From Acidobacteriota bacterium (GTDB taxonomy: Bacteria; Acidobacteriota; Vicinamibacteria; Vicinamibacterales; UBA2999): a stretch of 39,329 nt of DNA. A program made the translations under genes and the position numbers. The DNA lies in assembly GCA_031429375.1 (NCBI GenBank), contig JANOZI010001083.1, positions 1 to 39,329 of the forward strand. Direction: 5' to 3'. Positions 33,985 to 39,329 of the stretch are shown here, piece after piece. Every line of letters begins with the position of its first letter. The stretch's first letter is position 1. The notes under the pieces were generated by a model. The model did no database searches and was not told the DNA's origin. It saw only the letters and a list, made by a program, of their open reading frames with translations.

Positions 33985-34412
33985 ATGGGCAGTGTGAACA
34001 AGGTGATTCTGGTGGGTAATCTCGGCAAGGATGCCGAAGTGCGCGTGACCCCGGGCGGCCAATCGGTGGCAGCTTCAGCATTGCGACGACCGAGAACTGG
34101 ACGTCGAAAGAAGGCGAGAAGAAGGAACAGACCGAGTGGCACCGCATCGTGCTGTGGGGCAAGACCGCCGACTCGCTGCAGCCCTACCTCGTCAAGGGCA
34201 AGCAGATCTACCTCGAAGGCCGGCTGCAGACGCGGCAGTGGGAAAAAGAGGGGCAGAAGCATTACACCACCGAGGTCAAGGCCGACAAGATCGTGCTGCT
34301 CGGCGGCGGCGCCGGGCGCGGCGGCGATCGCCAGGTCGATCGCGGTGACGGCGGCTACCAGGATCCGATGAAGGACGCGGCGCCGGTCACCGACGACGAC
34401 ATTCCCTTCTGA
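33985..34412 (+). pseudogene. ssb: Single-stranded DNA-binding protein, reading frame broken by a 1-nt deletion near 34070
   Basis: Frame 1 encodes MGSVNKVILVGNLGKDAEVRVTPGGQSVA. The canonical continuation SFSIATTENWTSKEGEKKEQTEWHRIVLWGK...DDDIPF runs in the -1 frame from 34071 to the stop at 34412. After 34070 the first frame encodes only Arg-rich nonsense. Confidence 0.85.
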
Positions 34413-34491
34413 GTGCAGAGTTATGAGTGCAGAGTTTAGAACCCTCCGGAACTCTAAACTCTAAACTCTGAACTCTGAACTCTTAACTCCG
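34411..34491. repeat. Heptamer-phased inverted repeat filling the ssb/cupin convergent spacer (bidirectional terminator candidate)
   Basis: The left arm is gagtgca gagttat gagtgca gagttta. The right arm is 6 x AACTCTN (34450-34491). agagtttaga (34431-40) can pair with tctaaactct (34453-62). Confidence 0.8.
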
Positions 34492-34833
34492 TCCGTAACG
34501 ATCTTCGAGGCGGACGACATCGTCCGTCTCGGGGGTCGACACTTCCAGCACATCCGAATCTTCGATCGCCGTCATGCGATGCACGGTCGGCGGCGTGACG
34601 TGTACCGCCTCGCCGGGTCCCATTTCGGTGGCGACGAGCTTGCCGTCGACCTCGCGCTCGAACAGGATCTTTCCCGACCAGACGAAGATCGTTTCATCTT
34701 TCCTGTTGTGGTACTGGAGGCTGAGGGCGTGGCCCTTGTTGATGTGGATCTGCTTGCCGACATAACGGTCGGTGCGCGCCCACCACAGCTCGTAGCCCCA
34801 CGGTTTCTCGACACGATGCAACGGTTGATTCAA
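34483..34833 (-). CDS. Cupin-domain protein (mannose-6-phosphate isomerase type II C-terminal-like)
   Basis: EKPWGYELWW...GHALSLQYHNRKDETIFVWSG...GEAVHVTPPTVHRM is a cupin motif pair. A TTG start at 34833 overlaps the ptsI stop (TTGA), with AAGGAG 9 nt upstream. The track ORF from 35070 overlaps ptsI. Confidence 0.7.
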   Translation of the reverse strand: MNQPLHRVEKPWGYELWWARTDRYVGKQIHINKGHALSLQYHNRKDETIFVWSGKILFEREVDGKLVATEMGPGEAVHVTPPTVHRMTAIEDSDVLEVSTPETDDVVRLEDRYGRS

Positions 34834-36608
34834 GACGACGGACTCCTTTGAATAGCGGATGCGGCCAGCGAGTCGAACAGGTAGAGCTCGATTTCCGCGG
34901 CGGTGGCCAGCGTGAGGACGTGGCGGGCGCGCTTGCGCGCGTCGCCGCAGTTGAGCTCCTGCACCACCTGGCGCACGAGCGGGATCGCGCCCGGTGTCAT
35001 GCTGAATTCGGTGAGACCGAGGCCGACGAGCAAGCCGACCAGCGCCGGGTCCGACGCCATTTCGCCGCACAGCGACACCGGGATCTTGCGGCGGCTCGCG
35101 GCGCGGCGCACCGTCCGGATCAGGCGCAGCACCGCCGGATGCAGCGGCTCGTAGAGGTCCGAGACGCGGTCGTCGGTGCGATCGACCGCCAGGCAGAACT
35201 GGATCAGGTCGTTGGTGCCGATGGTGAAGAAGTCGACCTCGGGCGCCAGCAGGTCCGCGGCCACCGCGGCTGACGGGACTTCGATCATCGCGCCGACCTT
35301 GATCTGGCCCGCCTTCAGGTCGACGCCGAGGTCGCGAATGATGTCATGCAGGATCGTGCGGGCCTGCCGCATTTCTTCGACCGCGCCGACGAAGGGAAAC
35401 ATGATGCGCAGCGGGCCATGCGCCGACGCGCGCACCAGCGCGCGCAGCTGCGTGCGCAGCACGTCCGGATTGGCCAGGCCGAGACGGAGGCCGCGCAGGC
35501 CGGGCCGGGTGCGGCGGCGCTCCGGGCCTTGCGGCGTGCCGAACTGCCGCTCGTCGAGGTCGAAGGTGCGGATGGTAACCGGGCGAGGCGCGACCTGTTC
35601 GATCAGGCTGCGATAGATCTCGTACTGCGCGTCTTCCGTGGCGGCATCGAGCGACCGGCCCGACAGCATGAACTCCGAGCGGTACAGGCCGACGCCCTCG
35701 GCGCCGTTCGCGTTCAGGAACGGCAGGTCTTCGAGCAGCTCGATGTTGGCCTCGAGCCTGATCCGCACGCCATCGGTCGTCGCGACCGGGCCGATCTCGG
35801 CCCGGGCCGCACCGGCGCGCTGCGGCTTGGTCGCCCGGCGGTGCGCGTCATCGATTTGTTGCGGGGTCGGGGCCACAACGAGCTCGCCGGTCGTGCCGTC
35901 GAGCACCACCGGTGTGCCGGCGGCAATCCTGAGCGACGCGTCGTGCAGGCCGACGATCGCCGGCACCTTGAGCGAGCGCGCGAGAATCGCGGTGTGATAC
36001 GTGCGGCTGCCGGCGTCGGTCGCAAACGCCTGCACCCGGGTCCAATCCAGTTGCGCGGCGACCGAGGCGGTCAGCTCGTCGGCGATCAGCACGGCGGGGC
36101 CGTCGATCTGGCTGAGCAGCTCCTTTGGCCCCTTCGCGCCATGCCGCAAGTTGAGCCGCAAGCGGCCGGCGACGTCGGCGACGTCGTTCTCCCGCTCGCG
36201 CAGGTACGGATCTTCCATCGACATGAAGACGTGGTACAGCTCCTCGTAGGCGCGATGCACCGCCCACGCGGCGTTGACCCGCTCGCCGCGGATGATCGCC
36301 TCGGCCCGGCCGACCAGCATCGGGTCGTCGAGCATCAGCAACTGCGCGTCGAACAGGGCCACGAGCTCGGAGCCATGGCCCTGGCTCAGCCGGCCGCGAA
36401 TGTCCTGCAACTGCTGGCGCGAGTCGGCACGGGCCTGGTGCAGCGCGGCCACTTCCCGCTCGACGCGATCGGGCGGAATGGGAAAGCGCATCACTTCGGT
36501 GCGCTGCGTGAGCACGACCGCGCGGCCGAGCACGACGCCGGGCGAAACGCCGATGCCCGTCAGGCGTTCCACGGTTCTTCTCCAAACGCGTTTTCGACCA
36601 GGCGGCAC
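34830..36608 (-). CDS. ptsI: Phosphoenolpyruvate-protein phosphotransferase (PTS enzyme I)
   Basis: LTGIGVSPGVVLG, the active-site region GSRTYHTAILARSLKVPAIVG, GTNDLIQF and SLCGEMASDP. The start is probably GTG 36572 (GGAG upstream) rather than 36608. Confidence 0.92.
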   Translation of the reverse strand: MPPGRKRVWRRTVERLTGIGVSPGVVLGRAVVLTQRTEVMRFPIPPDRVEREVAALHQARADSRQQLQDIRGRLSQGHGSELVALFDAQLLMLDDPMLVGRAEAIIRGERVNAAWAVHRAYEELYHVFMSMEDPYLRERENDVADVAGRLRLNLRHGAKGPKELLSQIDGPAVLIADELTASVAAQLDWTRVQAFATDAGSRTYHTAILARSLKVPAIVGLHDASLRIAAGTPVVLDGTTGELVVAPTPQQIDDAHRRATKPQRAGAARAEIGPVATTDGVRIRLEANIELLEDLPFLNANGAEGVGLYRSEFMLSGRSLDAATEDAQYEIYRSLIEQVAPRPVTIRTFDLDERQFGTPQGPERRRTRPGLRGLRLGLANPDVLRTQLRALVRASAHGPLRIMFPFVGAVEEMRQARTILHDIIRDLGVDLKAGQIKVGAMIEVPSAAVAADLLAPEVDFFTIGTNDLIQFCLAVDRTDDRVSDLYEPLHPAVLRLIRTVRRAASRRKIPVSLCGEMASDPALVGLLVGLGLTEFSMTPGAIPLVRQVVQELNCGDARKRARHVLTLATAAEIELYLFDSLAASAIQRSPSS

Positions 36609-36838
36609 AGCGTGTCGGCGGCCTCGGCCTCGTCGGGGCCGTCGGCGGCAATCATGATGGTCGTGCCGGCGCCGGCGGCCAGCAGCAGGATGCCCATGAT
36701 GCTCTTGCCGTCCATGGTCTTGCCGTCACGCGACACCCGAATCTGCGACACGTAGCGCGTCGCGGCGTGCACGAACTTCGCCGCCGCGCGCGCATGCAGC
36801 CCGAGCCGATTGCGAATCACACACTGGCGAGTGGTCAT
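36560..36838 (-). CDS. ptsH: Phosphocarrier protein HPr
   Basis: 92 aa with the His-15 context RLGLHARAAA and the Ser-46 context DGKSIMGILLL, which is the HprK target site. Confidence 0.92.
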   Translation of the reverse strand: MTTRQCVIRNRLGLHARAAAKFVHAATRYVSQIRVSRDGKTMDGKSIMGILLLAAGAGTTIMIAADGPDEAEAADTLCRLVENAFGEEPWNA

Positions 36839-37275
36839 TCCGAACCCGACGAACCTGACGAACCTGCCGAACCCGACGAGCCCTTTAACAAATCCGACGC
36901 GACCCAGATCGCATTGCGGCCGTGTTCGCGCAACAAGCGGGCGATGTCGGTCAGCCGTGCGCCGTCCTGCAGGCTGGCCGCCTTGATCAGCATCGGCAGG
37001 TTCACCCCCGTCACCACCTCCACCGCATCGTCGGCCAGAAAGGTGATGCCGAGATTCGACGGCGTGCCGCCGAACATGTCGGTGGCGATCAGGACGCCGC
37101 CCGGCGCCTTGACGCGCTCGATGGCGGCGGCAATCTCGCTGCGCGCGTCCTGCACGTCTTCATGCCAGCCGATCGACACGGCCGAGAAGTTCGGCAGGTC
37201 GCCGACGATGGTTTCGGCGGCGTTGACCAGCTCGGTGGCGAGCTGTCCGTGAGTAACGACCACGACACCAATCAT
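36835..37275 (-). CDS. PTS EIIA component, mannose/fructose family
   Basis: MIGVVVVTHGQLATEL (phosphorylatable His in THG), LIATDMFGGTP and VVTGVNLPMLI. There are ATGA overlaps at both ends. The track start at 37446 overlaps rapZ. Confidence 0.85.
   Translation of the reverse strand: MIGVVVVTHGQLATELVNAAETIVGDLPNFSAVSIGWHEDVQDARSEIAAAIERVKAPGGVLIATDMFGGTPSNLGITFLADDAVEVVTGVNLPMLIKAASLQDGARLTDIARLLREHGRNAIWVASDLLKGSSGSAGSSGSSGSE
36842..36886 (-). repeat. Tandem nonamer array (plus strand GAACCYGMC x 4-5) encoding the EIIA C-terminal GSSGSAGSSGSSGS tail
   Basis: gaacccgac gaacctgac gaacctgcc gaacccgac gagcccttt, ending about 4 nt from the ptsH start codon. Confidence 0.85.
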
Positions 37276-38165
37276 CGTGTCCTCGTGAGGTCGCGATGGC
37301 GCACGCGCGTCTGGACCCCTGCAAGGCCGGTGAGCTCGCGCTTGAGCGCCTCGGCGAAATAAACGGATCGATGCCGGCCGCCGGTGCAGCCGATCGCAAT
37401 CGTCAGGTAGCTCTTGCCCTCTTCGACATAGAGCGGCACGATCCATCGTAGCAGGGAGGTGAAGCGCTTGATGGCCGCGCGCGCGGTGGGCTGCCGCCGG
37501 ATATACGCGGCGACCGCCGGGTCCTTCCCGGTCTGGGGCCGCAGCGCCGGCACCCAGTGCGGATTCTTCAGGAAGCGGACGTCGAACATGAGGTCGGCCT
37601 CGGGCGGCGGACCCTGCGTAAATCCGAAGCTCATGAAGGTCAGCACCAGCTCCGAGGCCTGCTTCTTGCCACTGACCATTTCGAGCAGCGCCTGCCGCAG
37701 CTCGTGCACGTTCAGTTTCGTGGTGTCGATCACCTTGTCGGCCAGCACCTTGATGGCGCCGAGCGACGCGCGCTCGTCCGACAGGCCTTCGGTGACCGGG
37801 CGATCCGGCGCGAGCGGATGGGGACGGCGCGACGCGCTGAAGCGGCGCACCAGCTCGGCATGGTCCGCTTCCAGGAAGATCAACCGCGGCGCGAGGCGCT
37901 TGTTGGTCTTCAGCTTGCGATACACCTTCGGAAAGTCGCTGACGAAGCGCGGCTCGCGAATGTCCATCACCACCGCCACGCGGTAATGCTCCGACTGCCG
38001 CTCGCTGAGCTCCGCCATCACCGGCAGCAGCGACACCGGCAAATTGTCGACGCAGTAGTAGCCGAGGTCTTCGAGCGCGCGAATCGCCTGCGACTTGCCC
38101 GAGCCCGAGAGGCCGGTGAGCACGATGAACCGGGCGTCGGTCGGCCGCTTGCGCGTCTTGCTCAC
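37272..38165 (-). CDS. rapZ: RNase adapter / nucleotide-binding protein RapZ (YhbJ)
   Basis: FIVLTGLSGSGKS (Walker A), YYCVDNLP and a C-terminal IAIGCTGGRHRSV. The GTG start overlaps the hprK stop (GTGA), with GGAGG 6 nt upstream. The track ORF from 38900 is an extension over hprK. Confidence 0.88.
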   Translation of the reverse strand: MSKTRKRPTDARFIVLTGLSGSGKSQAIRALEDLGYYCVDNLPVSLLPVMAELSERQSEHYRVAVVMDIREPRFVSDFPKVYRKLKTNKRLAPRLIFLEADHAELVRRFSASRRPHPLAPDRPVTEGLSDERASLGAIKVLADKVIDTTKLNVHELRQALLEMVSGKKQASELVLTFMSFGFTQGPPPEADLMFDVRFLKNPHWVPALRPQTGKDPAVAAYIRRQPTARAAIKRFTSLLRWIVPLYVEEGKSYLTIAIGCTGGRHRSVYFAEALKRELTGLAGVQTRVRHRDLTRTR

Positions 38166-39178
38166 GCCCCGCCTCCGGGTTCGGTCTCGTCGTCTTCTTC
38201 GTGGGCCTGGGTGCTCAAGTGCCGGGGCGTGTGGGTGGCGGCGAGGCTGGCATCGAGGCGCTTCACCAGCTCGCGGGCGGCGTTGATGCCGCGCATGCGC
38301 AGCAACTGGTTGCGCGCGGCGACCTCGACCAGGATCGCCAGGTTGCGGCCAGGGCCCACGGGCATGTGAATCAGCGGCACCTTCAGGCCGATCAACTCGT
38401 AGGCCGCATCGTCCAGCCCGAGGCGGTCGTACTCGCGGTTGGTATCCCAGCGATCGAGCTGCACGACCAGCTCGATCCGCTTCGAGGTCCGGGTCGAGGC
38501 GACGCCGAAGAGATCGCGGATGTTGATCAACCCGAGCCCGCGGACCTCCATGTGATGGCGCGTCATCTCGGGACAGGAGCCGATGACGATTGACTCGGCG
38601 CGGCGGCGTACTTCCACCGTGTCGTCGGCGACGAGCCGATGGCCGCGCACCACGAGGTCGAGCGCGCACTCGCTCTTGCCGATGCCGCTCTCCCCCACGA
38701 TCAGGACGCCGAGCCCGAGGATGTCGAGCAGCACGCCGTGGATGATCTCGCGCATCGCCAGGCGGTCTTCGAGAATCGCGGTGAGCTTGCCGATCGCGGT
38801 CGCGGTCGGCACCGAGGTCCGCAGGATCGGCACGTCGGCGCGCTCGCCTTCGATTGCGACTTCCGGCGGCAGCTCCGCCCCGCCGGTGACGAGCAGGCAC
38901 GGCAGGTGCGCCGTGAAGGAGTTGACGAGCGCGAGGCGGCGGGCCGCGGGGTCCAGGCTTTCGAGGAACCGCACTTCGCTGTCGCCGAACAACAGGATGC
39001 GGCCCGGCTGGAGGTATTCATGGAACCCGGCGAGCGCGAGGCCGGTTTTCTGGATGTAGGGGCTGGTGATGTGGCGCTCGAGCCCGCGCGCGCCGGCCAG
39101 CAAATCGATGGAGAGGCCGACCGACTCGGGCCGTGCGTCGAGCAGGCCGCGAACCGTGATGGTCGGGGTGATGGACAT
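38162..39178 (-). CDS. hprK: HPr kinase/phosphorylase, full length
   Basis: P-loop GESGIGKSECALDL, HRLVADD and MEVRGLGLINIRDLFG. At 338 aa it includes the N-terminal domain. Confidence 0.9.
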   Translation of the reverse strand: MSITPTITVRGLLDARPESVGLSIDLLAGARGLERHITSPYIQKTGLALAGFHEYLQPGRILLFGDSEVRFLESLDPAARRLALVNSFTAHLPCLLVTGGAELPPEVAIEGERADVPILRTSVPTATAIGKLTAILEDRLAMREIIHGVLLDILGLGVLIVGESGIGKSECALDLVVRGHRLVADDTVEVRRRAESIVIGSCPEMTRHHMEVRGLGLINIRDLFGVASTRTSKRIELVVQLDRWDTNREYDRLGLDDAAYELIGLKVPLIHMPVGPGRNLAILVEVAARNQLLRMRGINAARELVKRLDASLAATHTPRHLSTQAHEEDDETEPGGGA

Positions 39179-39184
39179 CGACTG

Positions 39185-39329
39185 TTAGAAGAGCACCTTC
39201 CGCTGGTTCGAGGTGGGAATCTTCAGCTCTTCGCGGTACTTCGCGATGGTGCGGCGCGCCAGCATCAGCCCTTCGCGCTGCAGGATGTTGACGATCTTCG
39301 AGTCGCTGAGCGGCTTCTTCGGGTCCTCG
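39185..39329 (-). CDS. rpoN: RNA polymerase sigma-54 factor, C-terminal end (5' part outside the window)
   Basis: It translates to ...[42 protein letters not shown], which contains the RpoN box ARRT(I/V)AKYR. Confidence 0.85.
   Translation of the reverse strand, partial: EDPKKPLSDSKIVNILQREGLMLARRTIAKYREELKIPTSNQRKVLF

Noticed and set aside
34063-34075. Programmed -1 ribosomal frameshift in ssb
   Set aside because: Re-reading the A at 34071 would give the canonical protein. However, there is no X XXY YYZ slippery heptamer and no obvious downstream stimulatory structure within the usual 5-9 nt. An indel, either real or from sequencing, is the simpler explanation.

Overview
High-GC (by eye about 65-70 %), almost gap-free chromosomal DNA from a diderm bacterium. 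The gene content would fit Acidobacteriota or a similar lineage, but I cannot assign taxonomy from sequence alone. Left to right the window holds: (1) a type IV pilus / type II secretion hybrid cluster: GspE/PilB ATPase, PilM, PilN, PilO, a PilP-like protein, a lipoprotein secretin, two GspG-like pseudopilins, a convergent Big/PKD lipoprotein and an orphan pseudopilin-like gene. (2) A PTS-independent amino-sugar / MurNAc cluster: serine hydrolase, Na+/solute symporter, GHL10 glycosidase-like protein, BadF-type sugar kinase, nagB, murQ. (3) xerD, a PHP-domain protein, a single-chain LptF-LptG permease and a GH57 enzyme. (4) parA-parB, a DUF151 nuclease, miaB and recN. (5) A complete Tol-Pal cluster (tolQ, tolR, TonB-type TolA, tolB, pal, cpoB). 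(6) A frameshifted ssb. (7) An rpoN-linked regulatory PTS operon (hprK, rapZ, EIIA-Man, ptsH, ptsI, cupin). I find no CRISPR array, tRNA or rRNA gene, transposase, prophage or recognisable defence island, and I cannot support a self-contained novel multi-gene system. The features most worth a second look are: a secretin with a long Pro/Ala linker and a C-terminal cohesin-like domain; six short-period (7 or 9 nt) tandem repeat arrays, all at gene 3' ends or cistron junctions, two of them absorbed into reading frames; a 1-nt frameshift in the normally essential ssb; the LptF-LptG fusion; and an AT-rich island at the convergent GH57/parB junction. Many long ORFs in the supplied track are antisense or N-terminal-extension artefacts of the high GC content.
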